Shown: positions 41,171 to 51,943 of the stretch, piece by piece | Layout: every line of letters starts with the position of its first letter | How positions within the stretch are numbered: the first letter of the stretch is position 1 | From: Microcoleus sp. | GTDB lineage: Bacteria; Cyanobacteriota; Cyanobacteriia; Cyanobacteriales; Microcoleaceae | Assembly (NCBI GenBank): GCA_042408215.1 | Contig: JAYFMW010000014.1 | Span: forward strand, 32,001 to 96,000 | DNA length: 64,000 nucleotides | Reading direction: 5' to 3' | Position numbers and translations under genes: made by a program | Notes under the pieces: model-generated | What the model was told of the DNA's origin: nothing | What the model saw: the letters and a program-made list of their open reading frames with translations, nothing else | Database searches by the model: none

Positions 41171-41406
41171 GTAGGGACACTGCAAGGCCCATTAGTGTCA
41201 ACTTAACATCAAATGCTGTCACAGATTGCTGTTTAACTATTAAGCTTAGATCCCCCCTAGCCCCCCTTAATAAGGGGGGGACAAGAGTCTTCTCAAAGTC
41301 CCCCTTATTAAGGGGGATTTAGGGGGATCTAGACTTAGCGTAAAAACGATATTTCTCAAGGGTTGTAGTCTTAACTTGACACCAATGTGCAATGCGGTGT
41401 CCCTAG
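41171..41406. repeat. Nested repeat: GTAGGGACAC REP arms enclosing a CATTRGTGTCAA-TIR MITE with a CCCCCTTA palindromic core
   Basis: Inverted ends at 41190 and 41387; GTAGGGACAC/GTGTCCCTAG outside. Confidence 0.8.
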
Positions 41407-41438
41407 GGAGATTTATCTGGAATGTACTTGAAATATTA

Positions 41439-42476
41439 ATGAAACAACTGATTTGGATAGTTCTATTTACTATATTTGCTGTTGGGGCTGTCGGTTGGGG
41501 TTCCTATTCGTGGCAGGATTTGTCGCCAGTACCCGAAGTTCGGAGCGGAGGCAATATCAGCATTTCCCAAAACCCCTCTGACTCGCGGCTTCCTGCTGAA
41601 AAACCACAAGTTGATTTTCCCCAAATTGACCAGTCCAGTTTGTGGAAACACGTTGAGATTTTAGCAGGAGAACGTGAGGGAGAAAGCGATCGAATTTTCG
41701 CCAGAGACTACATTTCCAAACAACTGCAAATATCGGGATTTTCCCCGGAATTGCAGCCCTTCGATCGAGGCACTAACGTCTTTGCCGAAAGAAAAGGTAC
41801 GGACTCAAAAGCCGGTGCAATTCTCGTCGCCGCCCACTACGATACCGTACTCAAATCCCCCGGTGCTGATGACAATGCTACGGGAGTTGCAGTAGTTTTA
41901 GAAGTAGCGCGACTGCTGGCTTCTCGTCCCACACCTCGGACACTGCAAGTCGCATTTTTTGACAGAGAAGAAATCGGACTTTTAGGTAGTTTAGCATTTA
42001 CCGGTAATGCAGCAAGGTTAAAAGATTTGCAGGGAGTGGTAGTCTTAGATATGGTAGGTTATGCCTGTCATACTTCGGGTTGTCAGCGATATCCTGAAGG
42101 GTTGACACCAGCACCTTTTTTAGATGCTGCGGGGGTGACTTCTCCCGATTTGGGCGAATTTATCGCAGTGGTTGGTGATGCGGAACATCCGCTGCTATTG
42201 GGAACTTTTGCGGAGTCTGGAACAACTGGTTTACCTGCGGTGGTGACGCTACCGGTTCCCCTCAAAGGGTTGCTGACTCCCGATGTTTTGCGGAGCGATC
42301 ATGCAGCTTTCTGGTATAAGGGAGTGGGTGCGGTGTTGGTGACTGATACGGCAAATTTGCGATCGCCCCACTATCACCAATCTAGCGATACTCTAGCAAC
42401 TATCGATCGACCTTTCTTTGCCGGTTCTGCTCAAATTGTTGTCAACGCTACTGCTAAATTATTGGAAATTCGGTAA
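41439..42476 (+). CDS. M28 family metallopeptidase
   Basis: AHYD, GADDNATG, EEIGLLGS, SDH, YH. Confidence 0.9.
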   Translation: MKQLIWIVLFTIFAVGAVGWGSYSWQDLSPVPEVRSGGNISISQNPSDSRLPAEKPQVDFPQIDQSSLWKHVEILAGEREGESDRIFARDYISKQLQISGFSPELQPFDRGTNVFAERKGTDSKAGAILVAAHYDTVLKSPGADDNATGVAVVLEVARLLASRPTPRTLQVAFFDREEIGLLGSLAFTGNAARLKDLQGVVVLDMVGYACHTSGCQRYPEGLTPAPFLDAAGVTSPDLGEFIAVVGDAEHPLLLGTFAESGTTGLPAVVTLPVPLKGLLTPDVLRSDHAAFWYKGVGAVLVTDTANLRSPHYHQSSDTLATIDRPFFAGSAQIVVNATAKLLEIR

Positions 42477-42628
42477 TTGGGAATTGGGCATAGGGCATAG
42501 GGCATGGGGCATGGGGCATTGGTAATTGATTATTATAACGAACAACGAACAACAAAAATAGCACCAATAACTAATGACCAATGACTCATGACTAATAACT
42601 AATGACTAATGACTAATGACTAAAAAAA

Positions 42629-44533
42629 ATGACTAACCAAGAAAACCTACGACAGCATTTACTCCAACTAGACAATCGCAGCTACAAAGCCTACAAAGAC
42701 ATTCAAGGTAGCTATGACTTTTCAGAATTCACATTAATCGTTGATTATGTTCAAGGAGATCCCTTCGCTTCTCCCAGTAAATTTAGAGTCAGAGTTCCGC
42801 AAAATATTGCTCAACTTCCCGGCGAACTTTTCAACTCTCGCAGTCGAGAAATAGCCCTCCGAGATTACCTAACTCGCTCCTTTGACAAAGCCGCATATAG
42901 CATTAGTAGCAAACGCGGTACTGGCAAAAGTGGTTTGATTGCAGTGACTCGCTTCGGACAAGAAGTTTTAGAGCGAACTTCAGCATTGATCGTTGACTCA
43001 AATACATCCGATGTCGAAGATTTAGGAGGAGTTGAACTGCGATTTGCCGTCGGACTTCCGGCGGGCGGGCGCAGCATTTTAGGACGACAAGCTGCTGAAA
43101 TGCTGTGCGAAGATATCCCACAAATTGTCAGCCAATCTCTGAAATATGCTAACTTAAATGCTGCTGAATGTCGCCGTCATGTTGAAACTGTAGAAGATGC
43201 TGATTGGCTGCGACAGCAGTTAGCTGAAAAAGGATTAGTTGCCTTTGTTGCTGATGGTTCTATTTTACCTCGTCGCACTGGCTTTGACAATCGCCCTTTG
43301 TTAAATAATCCTGTGGCTTTTCAGTCGCCACCGTCGTTAAAAGTTGAGTTTAATTGTCCGAATCAAGGTTTAATTTCCGGTCTGGGTATTCCCGCTGGCA
43401 TTACTTTGATTGTTGGGGGTGGCTATCATGGGAAATCGACTCTACTGAGAGCGATAGAGTTGGGAGTTTATAACCGGATTCCGGGAGATGGCCGGGAATT
43501 TGTGGTGACTAATCCGGCGGCGGTTAAAATTAGGGCGGAAGATGGCAGAAGTGTTGCGGGAGTTGATATTTCGCCTTTTATTAATCACTTGCCTCAAGGT
43601 AGAGATACTTCACAATTTTATACGGAAAATGCGAGCGGTAGCACGTCACAAGCTGCTAATATTATTGAGGCTTTGGAAGTGGGGAGAGGGAAGTTCGGCA
43701 ACGGATTCTGTAACGGATTTAACGGATGTCAGGAAGAAGAGATCAAGAATGGTTCGACTACGCACGCGCCTACCGCCGCGTCAGGAAGAAGGAAGAAGCA
43801 AGAACCAAGAGGGAAGGAGGAAGAGGGGAGAAGGAAGAGGGAAGGGGATTTAGTGCCTGTTTTATTGGTTGATGAGGATACGGCGGCGACTAATTTTATG
43901 ATTCGCGATCGCCGAATGCAGAAACTCATCGCTAAGGCTCAAGAACCGATTACGCCGTTTATTGATAAAGTGAGACAATTGTATGCGGATTATGGCGTAT
44001 CAACTATTTTAGTCATGGGCGGAAGCGGTGACTATTTTGATGTGGCGGATACTGTGATTTCAATGGATAATTTTCAAGCCTATGATGTGACGCAAAAAGC
44101 TAAAGAAATTGCGAAAAATTACTCGACTAGCCGCGCTGGTGAAGGGGGAGAAAATTTTGGTAAAATTAGTCAAAGAGTGCCGATTCCTGCTAGTTTAGAT
44201 CCGAGTCGGGGACGGCGAGATGTTCGGGTGAAGGTGCGGGATGTTGATGAATTGGCTTTCGGAACTGAGGAGATTGATTTGGCTGCTGTGGAACAAATTG
44301 TGGATAGCGGACAGTTAAGGGCGATCGCCGCGGCAATGGTTTATGCTAAACAGCAATATATGGATGGGAAACGCACTTTATCGGAAATTATAGATTTGGT
44401 GATGGCAGATATTGACGATGGCGGGATGGATATTTTATCGCCTTTTCCTGAAGGGGATTTTGCCATGTTTCGACGGTTTGAATTAGCGGCTGCAATTAAT
44501 CGGCTTCGTAGTTTGTCCGTTGTTGCTAATTAG
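42629..44533 (+). CDS. ABC-class ATPase domain protein (stand-alone) with an in-frame low-complexity insertion
   Basis: GGGYHGKST, ASGSTSQA, LLVDED, TNFMIRD. Confidence 0.88.
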   Translation: MTNQENLRQHLLQLDNRSYKAYKDIQGSYDFSEFTLIVDYVQGDPFASPSKFRVRVPQNIAQLPGELFNSRSREIALRDYLTRSFDKAAYSISSKRGTGKSGLIAVTRFGQEVLERTSALIVDSNTSDVEDLGGVELRFAVGLPAGGRSILGRQAAEMLCEDIPQIVSQSLKYANLNAAECRRHVETVEDADWLRQQLAEKGLVAFVADGSILPRRTGFDNRPLLNNPVAFQSPPSLKVEFNCPNQGLISGLGIPAGITLIVGGGYHGKSTLLRAIELGVYNRIPGDGREFVVTNPAAVKIRAEDGRSVAGVDISPFINHLPQGRDTSQFYTENASGSTSQAANIIEALEVGRGKFGNGFCNGFNGCQEEEIKNGSTTHAPTAASGRRKKQEPRGKEEEGRRKREGDLVPVLLVDEDTAATNFMIRDRRMQKLIAKAQEPITPFIDKVRQLYADYGVSTILVMGGSGDYFDVADTVISMDNFQAYDVTQKAKEIAKNYSTSRAGEGGENFGKISQRVPIPASLDPSRGRRDVRVKVRDVDELAFGTEEIDLAAVEQIVDSGQLRAIAAAMVYAKQQYMDGKRTLSEIIDLVMADIDDGGMDILSPFPEGDFAMFRRFELAAAINRLRSLSVVAN

Positions 44534-44573
44534 ACTTGCTTAATATAAGTGTATTCCAGGTTTATGAAGTGTA

Positions 44574-44833
44574 GTAGGGACAAAGGCTTTCGCCCAGTGG
44601 TGTCAACAATCGCCTAAAACCATTGAGAAATCTCGCTTTTAGCTAAGTCTAGATCCCCCTAAATCCCCCTTAAGAAGGGGGACTTTGAGCGGATTCTTGT
44701 CCCACACCCCCTACTCCCCTACTCCCCTTCTTAAGGGGGGCGCCGGGGGTATCTGGCCTTAATAGTCAAACAGCATTCTGTGACTGGGTTTGACGTTAAG
44801 TTGACACCAATGGGCACGCTTGAGTGTCCCTAC
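44574..44833. repeat. Nested REP/MITE copy
   Basis: GTAGGGACA...CCCAGTGGTGTCAAC...GTTGACACCAATGGG...TGTCCCTAC. Confidence 0.8.
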
Positions 44834-44940
44834 GGGGATCGATCGGGGGTGTACTTCATAAACGTGGAATCTGCTGTAAGTGTATTGTTGTCCTACTTTT
44901 GATATGCTGAAAAAGTGAGTCCAAAAACCGCAATTTAAGT

Positions 44941-47367
44941 ATGAAAGGCAATATAGGACAACCGACAGCTTTAAGCGATCGACCATATTTAGTATTAAAT
45001 AGTCAAGGCGAAGTTCTACAGTTTGAGTTGAAACAGCAGCAGCACGTATTGGGGCGCGATCGCAAAGCCGATTTAATCGTACCCGACACCGAACCCTGGC
45101 GTGTTGTTTCCAATGAGCACGCTGTTTTGCGCCAAAAAGGCGATAATTACTGGATTTACGACGGAGACGGCCAAAAACCGAGCACTAATGGCTTATTTGT
45201 CGATCGCACACGCATCACTCCCAACGACGGTTATTGTCTGAAAAACGGTGCAGAAATTAAAATCGGTCTTGACCCGAAAAATCAAGTTTTACTGACTTAT
45301 TTTAACCCGACTGCAAATCAAGTTGTTTTACCAAACAAACAGTCAATTTCTCTCAAAAATAGGTCGGTATTATTGGGGCGCGATCCTAACGCTTCGCTGC
45401 AATTAGATGCGCCACTTGTATCTAGACGCCACGCGACAATTGACCAAGATAGTCGCGGCAATTATCTTTTACGAGACTACAGCGTTAACGGGGTGTTTGT
45501 TAACGGTCAGCGAGTCACCAATTCTGTACAATTGTCCGAGGGAGATGCGATTCGGATCGGCCCGTTTACTTTAATTTACCGTAGTGGTGAGTTGGAGATG
45601 CAAGACTCCGGCCATCAAATTCGCTTGGATGCTGACTGTCTGGTGATTCCAAAGCGTTTGGATGGGATCAAATTAGCGATCGAACCAGGGCAATTTGTGG
45701 CTTTAGTCGGCGGTAGCGGCGCGGGAAAATCTACTTTAATGCGGACGCTTTTAGGGATTGAAAAAACTACTGAAGGTGTAGTTTATCTCAACGGCGATAA
45801 CCTCCGAAAAAACTTTAATATTTACCGCAATCAAATTGGTTACGTGCCTCAAGATGATATTGTCCACGCAGATTTGACAGTAGAAGAAGTCTTAACTTAT
45901 GCAGCTAAATTGCGTCTACCTCCCGATACAGATGTTAATCAAGTAGTCTCAAAAACCTTAGAAGATATTGAGATGACTCACCGTCGCAATGCTTTAGTAA
46001 AAGAACTTAGCGGCGGACAGCGGAAGCGGGTTAGTATCGGAGTCGAACTGTTAGCAGACCCGAAACTTTTCTTTTTGGACGAACCGACTTCAGGACTCGA
46101 TCCGGGTTTGGATAAAAAGATGATGCAACTGCTGCGAAAGTTGGCAAATCAAGGTCGGACGGTGATTTTGGTGACTCACGCGACGGCGAATATCACGATG
46201 TGCGATCGCATAGTGTTTATGGGTCGTGGCGGTCGCCTTTGTTACTTCGGCCCGCCAACGGTCGCCCTAGATTTTTTCGATGTCAAAAATGGTGATTTTG
46301 CCGACATTTACAACGAATTAGAAACAGGAGAAACCAACGTTCAAAGCTGGGCGGATAAGTTTCACAGTTCTCCATATTATCAGCAATATATCGTCAATCA
46401 CTTCAGCGCCGGCAACCCCGAAGGAAAAACACCGACTGCGCCTCCCAAGCCAAAGTCTGTATCTTTTGTCCAACAACTTGTTCTGCTAGCTCAGCGCTAT
46501 TTTCAGCTAATTTCGCGGGACGTAGTTAACTTAAGTTTAGCTCTTTTAACTGCACCAATCGGCATTAGTTTACTGCGGCTTGCAGTCAGAGACAAAGACC
46601 CGTTAATTGGCGCACCGGAAGCAACTTTAGCACCTTTGGCGTTGCGGGTTCTGTTTGTCTTTACCTGTGCGGCGATTTGGGTAGGATTGGCAACTTCTCT
46701 GCAAGAAATTGTCAAAGAATCAGCTATTTATCTGCGGGAACGTTTAGTAAATTTAGGATTATTTGCTTATGTGGGTTCAAAAGTTTTAATCCTTTCCGGG
46801 TTGGCCGTATTGCAAACTATCTTAATGGTAGGAGTAATTTTGATTGCTTTTAAACACCCAGAACCGAGTTTAATTTCATGGACTGTGGGAGTAAGTATTA
46901 CCACTTTTCTAACTTTACTGAGTTGTGTTAGTCTCGGATTAGTCGTTTCAGCGATTGTTAAAAATGGCTCTCAAGCTAATAGCGCTTTGCCTCTATTATT
47001 GCTGCCTCAGATTATCTTTTCTGGAGTTTTGTTTAAGATGGAAGGTGCGGCGAGCAAGTTTTCTTGGCTGATGTTAAGCCGCTGGTCTGTGGGTGCTTAC
47101 GGTTCTTTGGTTAATGTGAATGCGATGGTTCCCGCAGCTACTAAATTGCCGGATGGGAGTACACTTCCTCAGCCCTTTGAGCCTACTCCTGTTTACGATC
47201 CAACTTGGGAGAATTTGAGTTTAAATTGGGGGATTTTGTGCGTGCATATTTTGGTTTATTTGATGTTGACTTTGTGCTTACTGAAGTGGAAGCATATTCT
47301 ATCCCAATTCTTTGATATGATATCAAAGTTTTGCAAAGAAAAGGTGAAGCTAGGGGGAGGCAGATAG
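44941..47367 (+). CDS. FHA-FHA-ABC transporter (ATPase + ABC-2 permease fusion)
   Basis: Two FHA domains (GR...SxxHA...NG), GGSGAGKST, LSGGQ, LDEPT, C-terminal TMs. Confidence 0.92.
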   Translation: MKGNIGQPTALSDRPYLVLNSQGEVLQFELKQQQHVLGRDRKADLIVPDTEPWRVVSNEHAVLRQKGDNYWIYDGDGQKPSTNGLFVDRTRITPNDGYCLKNGAEIKIGLDPKNQVLLTYFNPTANQVVLPNKQSISLKNRSVLLGRDPNASLQLDAPLVSRRHATIDQDSRGNYLLRDYSVNGVFVNGQRVTNSVQLSEGDAIRIGPFTLIYRSGELEMQDSGHQIRLDADCLVIPKRLDGIKLAIEPGQFVALVGGSGAGKSTLMRTLLGIEKTTEGVVYLNGDNLRKNFNIYRNQIGYVPQDDIVHADLTVEEVLTYAAKLRLPPDTDVNQVVSKTLEDIEMTHRRNALVKELSGGQRKRVSIGVELLADPKLFFLDEPTSGLDPGLDKKMMQLLRKLANQGRTVILVTHATANITMCDRIVFMGRGGRLCYFGPPTVALDFFDVKNGDFADIYNELETGETNVQSWADKFHSSPYYQQYIVNHFSAGNPEGKTPTAPPKPKSVSFVQQLVLLAQRYFQLISRDVVNLSLALLTAPIGISLLRLAVRDKDPLIGAPEATLAPLALRVLFVFTCAAIWVGLATSLQEIVKESAIYLRERLVNLGLFAYVGSKVLILSGLAVLQTILMVGVILIAFKHPEPSLISWTVGVSITTFLTLLSCVSLGLVVSAIVKNGSQANSALPLLLLPQIIFSGVLFKMEGAASKFSWLMLSRWSVGAYGSLVNVNAMVPAATKLPDGSTLPQPFEPTPVYDPTWENLSLNWGILCVHILVYLMLTLCLLKWKHILSQFFDMISKFCKEKVKLGGGR

Positions 47368-47395
47368 AATATTATGAGGATAGCGAATAGATTAT

Positions 47396-47852
47396 ATGAA
47401 TTATTGGCTAATGAAGTCGGAACCTGATGTTTATAGTATTGCGAATTTGAAATCTGATAAGATTTCCCTTTGGGATGGCGTTCGCAACTATCAAGCTCGT
47501 AATTTTATGCGAGAAATGAGTCTGGGAGATTTAGTATTTTTTTACCATTCTAATACTAAAATACCGGGAATTTTCGGCTTGATGCGTGTCGTTGAAACTA
47601 ATATCGCTGACCCAACTCAGTTTGATATCAATAGTGAATATTATGATGCTAAAGCGCAGCTTGACTCACCTCGTTGGCAAACTGTGAAAGTAGAATTTGT
47701 TGAGGAATTTGCTCAAGTCAATATCTTTGGATGAATTGAAACAAGAGTTTAATGCTGACGAGATTTTGGTGGTGAGAAAAGGCAATCGGTTATCTGTGAT
47801 GCCGGTATCTGCAAGCTGCGGCTCAGAAGATTTTGAAGATGAGAGAATCTAA
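47396..47852 (+). CDS. EVE domain protein; frameshifted near 47715 and 47812
   Basis: MNYWLMKSEP, WDGVRNYQARN, FFYHS; downstream frame gives RKGNRLSVMPV. Confidence 0.85.
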
Positions 47853-47950
47853 TGATTAAACCGCAGAGAGCGCAGAGAGCACAGAGTCAGAGAAGGAGGA
47901 CATGGCTATGCCTTTTCTCTACCCCAAAATAATCGATTATGCTCGCGAGG

Positions 47951-48195
47951 AGGACACGGCACTGCCGTGTCAACTTAACGTCAAACCCACTCAGAGACTG
48001 TTGTTTGACGATTCGAGCCTGATCCCCCCTAGCCCCCCTTAAGAAGGGGAGTAGGGGAGTAGGGGGTGTGGGACAGGAGTCTTCTCAAAGTCCCCCTTCT
48101 TAAGGGGGATTTAGGGGGATCAAGACTCAGGTAAAAGCGACATTTATCAAGGGCTTCAGGCTTAAGTTGACACTAATGGGCTTCTGGAGTGTCCT
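47951..48195. repeat. Nested REP/MITE copy
   Basis: AGGACAC...GTGTCAACTTAA...TTAAGTTGACACTAATGGG...GTGTCCT. Confidence 0.75.
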
Positions 48196-48239
48196 GACTG
48201 TGGGTAGCCGGAGAGCCCGCCAAAACTATTTAAAATCTC

Positions 48240-49280
48240 CTAAATATCTGCTGCACAAACTGCCGCTCCAATTAACCCTACATTGCTATTCAAAACAACA
48301 CTAACAGGTATCATTTCCAAAAGCGAATCCATCCGCCCTTTGTGGGTAAAAGCCCGCATAAAACCGCCTTCTTGAATCAGTGGCAAAATTTTAGCCGCAA
48401 TGCCACCAGCTATGTACAAACCGCCGTAAGGTAAAAGTGTCACAGCCATATTTCCCGCCACAGCGCCGTAAGCTTCTACAAACATTTGCATTGTTTGTTC
48501 GGAAAGCCGATCGCACTTTTCGAGTGCAGCCTTTGCAATTGTCGCTCCCGGATCGACAGTCTTTTCAGTTTTACCAATTTCTGACTCCCATTTTTTAATA
48601 ATTTGCCCTACCTCCGGCGATTCAGGAGCAAATTTTCTGTCCCGCAAAAACTGGTAAATTGCCACAATTCCCTGTCCCGAAACCACTCGCTCGATCGATA
48701 TTCTTTGAATGTCGTGTTTAGCCAACAAATATTTCAGCAATTGAAACTCCAACTCCGAGCGAGGAGCAAAGTCACCGTGTCCCCCTTCGGAAGAAAAAAC
48801 TTTCACTCCATTTGCTTCAGGAATGGCAAAACATTTGCCCAAACCAGTCCCCGCACCAATCACAGCAATTGGAGCGTTTGGTCGGGGTTTTCCCACTTGC
48901 AAAGTGTGCAAATCTGTAGCATCCAAACCGCACACGCCGTAGCCAATAGCGACAAAATCATTAATTAAACTAACGTGGGATATTCCTAATTCCTGTTCCA
49001 GACGCTTCGCATCTAGCAGCCAAGGCAAATTAGTCAGTTTTGCTGTATTGTTAACCACCGGGCCTGCGATCGCAAAACAAGCTTTTTTAGGTACTGGCGC
49101 AAAATCTAGTTTAGCAGCAGCTTCCGTCAAAAACTGCTGCACCATCGGCACTAAATCGGGAAACTCCCCACTCGAATAGCGAAACTCATAAAGAGCTTTC
49201 ATTTCACCCTCAACAGTCCTTTCTACTAAGCGCAAAATTGTCTTAGTTCCGCCAATGTCGCCCGCTAATAATAATGCCAT
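48240..49280 (-). CDS. glk: Glucokinase
   Basis: GDIGGT, INDF, GAGTGLG, EGGH; GGAGG RBS before ATG at 49280. Confidence 0.95.
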   Translation of the reverse strand: MALLLAGDIGGTKTILRLVERTVEGEMKALYEFRYSSGEFPDLVPMVQQFLTEAAAKLDFAPVPKKACFAIAGPVVNNTAKLTNLPWLLDAKRLEQELGISHVSLINDFVAIGYGVCGLDATDLHTLQVGKPRPNAPIAVIGAGTGLGKCFAIPEANGVKVFSSEGGHGDFAPRSELEFQLLKYLLAKHDIQRISIERVVSGQGIVAIYQFLRDRKFAPESPEVGQIIKKWESEIGKTEKTVDPGATIAKAALEKCDRLSEQTMQMFVEAYGAVAGNMAVTLLPYGGLYIAGGIAAKILPLIQEGGFMRAFTHKGRMDSLLEMIPVSVVLNSNVGLIGAAVCAADI

Positions 49281-49552
49281 AAACCTCCGATTCAACCCAT
49301 TTTCTTTTGACGGTTGGGCGGAGCGAAGCGTGGAGGGGTTCACTTCGTTCTACCCAACCTACTCATCGACTAGCTAACAGACTAGGTTGTCGCAGTCACT
49401 ATTCAACAATCGCTGTTAGATACCAGACTGTCTTAACAGAAGTCTGGTACTCTGGGTATTCTGTTTTTTTACTTCTTCCTTGTTCCTTCTTCCTTCTTCC
49501 TTGTTCCTTGTTCCTTCTTCCTTGTTCCTTGTTCCTTCTTCCTTCTTCCCAT

Positions 49553-51619
49553 TTAACCGCCCGTCCTCTGAATTGCCAACCAAGCCCTCAGCACCTCAGC
49601 CACTGTCCAAGCTTGTGCAGTGCAGCCCCGTGGCTCGAAGGGTGCGTCGCCCTCAAAAATTTCGCCCAAACTGCCAACTCCGCCGGCTAATATATGATGT
49701 GCCATCGGTTCGAGCAATTCACGAGCTTGTGCTGGGTCTTTGTATACGTCTAAGTGAGCTAAAACAAAGGGCCCAATTAGCCAGCCCCAAACTGTGCCCT
49801 GGTGATAGGCGCTGTCGCGCTGCAATTGGTCGCCTCCATATTCGCCCTGAAACTGCGGGTCTTCCGGCGAGAGGCTGCGAAGGCCGACAGAAGTGAGCAA
49901 CTGCTGAGCGCAGGCGTCCACCACACCCCGACACCGATCGGGCGTGAGTAAGGGTGTATAGCGGTGGGTTTCCTTGACCCGCAATCCCCTTGCTAATAAA
50001 GAGTTCGGAGACTGATCCCCAGTTAATAGAGGCAGCGACACGGCGAATATTTGGTTGGGCCGCCGTCGGGGATCGTGTCCGTCTGGGCCGTCCAGAACGT
50101 CGTAACAGTAACCTGTGGCATCGTTCCAGAAACGAGTGAATCCCGCGGCCGTCCGATCGGCCAGTTGCTGGTATTCATAGTGAGGTTGGCCCAATTTTTG
50201 AGCAAAACTTACCATTGCTTGTATAGCATTGTACCAAAGAGCGCTGATTTCGATCGGCTTACCAATCCGGGGAGTCACCACCCAATCGCCGACTTTCGCG
50301 TCCATCCAAGTCAGTTGCACGCCAGTTTCGCCGGCGTAGATTAAACCGTCGTCGGGATCGAGGTGGATGTTATACCGAGTTCCCTTTATATGCCAATCGA
50401 CAATCTCACATAGTATCGGCCAGAGTTCGCTCAAAAGTCGATCGTCCCGGGTGGCGTAGTAGTAAGCGCGAATTGCTTCAAAGTACCACAGTGTCGCGTC
50501 TACGGTGTTGTATTCGGGTGCGCCACCAGCATCGGGAAAGCGGTTTGGCAACATCCCTCGATCGACATACCGGGCAAAAGTCCGCAAGATCGATCGCGCA
50601 ATCGACCATCGCCCAGTACATATTGTGAGACCGGGCAGGGCAATCATCGTATCCCGCCCCCAGTCGCTGAACCAGGGATATCCGGCGATGATCGTTTTGC
50701 CCTCCGGTTCCTCTGGTATCGGGCGACTGACGATAAATTGGTCGGCAGCTAGCACTAAGTGAGCGATCCAATCGGGAGTTTTTCTCACATTTGACCATTT
50801 TTCCAGCACTTCTTGGTCATAGGTGCGACGGAGTTCTAAAGCGATATCGCCGTTTAACTGGGGATTTTTCTCTGTGCTGGCGATTAAAGTCAGAGACTGT
50901 CCCGGTTCGATCGCAAAATGGAAAGTCGCTGCGTGCAGATGAGCCTCACAACACTCCAATCCGCGCTGCCTTTCTGCTGGGAGGTCAAATCCGTAGTGCC
51001 AATTGTATAAGGGCGTAGAAACTCGGAATTTGGCCTCTGGTTCGGCATCTGTCAGCAGGTAGAGGGGTGCAGCTTTCGGAAAAGCAGTGGCGCAAACCCC
51101 TTTTTCCAAGGTTTCTAGGCTCATCTGCCAGTCACTTGCCCTAGTGATGTGGTGGTGGTCGCGATAGTTGATCAGGGTTTTGACAGCCAGGGCGATCGGT
51201 TTTGAGCCGCGGTGCAAGCGATATTGAATATACGTTGTGTTAGCACTTTGCTGCATCCAAATCCGCTTTTCCAGGATAGCGTCAGCGAGAGCAAACCTCC
51301 AAACAGGCGTTGTGCCTTCGAGGTGAAAGCTTTCGATGTACTTGTAGCCGTGGGGTTCGATCGTCCCGTCGGTCCAGCGGTTTGTATAAAGGGGATAGGG
51401 GCGATCGTTATACATAGCCGTTTCGTCCAGCTTGGCGAGCATCAAAGTTCGTCCCAGCGGGGGTTTGAGGGCGGCTACCAGTAGACCGTGATAGCGCCTA
51501 GTGAGCAGACCCGCGATCGTCCCGCTAGCATAACCGCCGATCCCGTTTGTGACCAACCACTCGCGAGACTGGGCCGAGTCTAGATTGCAGCAGATTTCCC
51601 GTCCAAAAGCAATAACCAT
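49553..51619 (-). CDS. Amylo-alpha-1,6-glucosidase (glycogen debranching enzyme)
   Basis: EWLVTNGIGGYA, AGYPWFSDWGRD, TWMD, YHQGTVW, QAW. Confidence 0.9.
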   Translation of the reverse strand: MVIAFGREICCNLDSAQSREWLVTNGIGGYASGTIAGLLTRRYHGLLVAALKPPLGRTLMLAKLDETAMYNDRPYPLYTNRWTDGTIEPHGYKYIESFHLEGTTPVWRFALADAILEKRIWMQQSANTTYIQYRLHRGSKPIALAVKTLINYRDHHHITRASDWQMSLETLEKGVCATAFPKAAPLYLLTDAEPEAKFRVSTPLYNWHYGFDLPAERQRGLECCEAHLHAATFHFAIEPGQSLTLIASTEKNPQLNGDIALELRRTYDQEVLEKWSNVRKTPDWIAHLVLAADQFIVSRPIPEEPEGKTIIAGYPWFSDWGRDTMIALPGLTICTGRWSIARSILRTFARYVDRGMLPNRFPDAGGAPEYNTVDATLWYFEAIRAYYYATRDDRLLSELWPILCEIVDWHIKGTRYNIHLDPDDGLIYAGETGVQLTWMDAKVGDWVVTPRIGKPIEISALWYNAIQAMVSFAQKLGQPHYEYQQLADRTAAGFTRFWNDATGYCYDVLDGPDGHDPRRRPNQIFAVSLPLLTGDQSPNSLLARGLRVKETHRYTPLLTPDRCRGVVDACAQQLLTSVGLRSLSPEDPQFQGEYGGDQLQRDSAYHQGTVWGWLIGPFVLAHLDVYKDPAQARELLEPMAHHILAGGVGSLGEIFEGDAPFEPRGCTAQAWTVAEVLRAWLAIQRTGG

Positions 51620-51943
51620 AAAAGCACACTCGTGGTGAATTGCGATCTACCGAAAGGTAGATTTTACACATTAGATAAACCAGGAATTTTTACCCTTGCA
51701 GACGACTAATTTCGCTAACGGGCTAAACAGATTCATGCTTTAATTGAGATGGAGCCAACCGCTAATTTTGACTCTTTGCGACAATTCTAACCGTTGCTCT
51801 GTCTAAAGTTAGTTGTTTGTTACTTTTTTAACTGATCTTACTTTTCAAACAGGCTTGTTGGCGATCGGCGCTCAACAGACCTATTACCAAAATACCATTT
51901 TCAGTCATACCACAAACCTATTTTATAAGGAGAATAACTCAAA

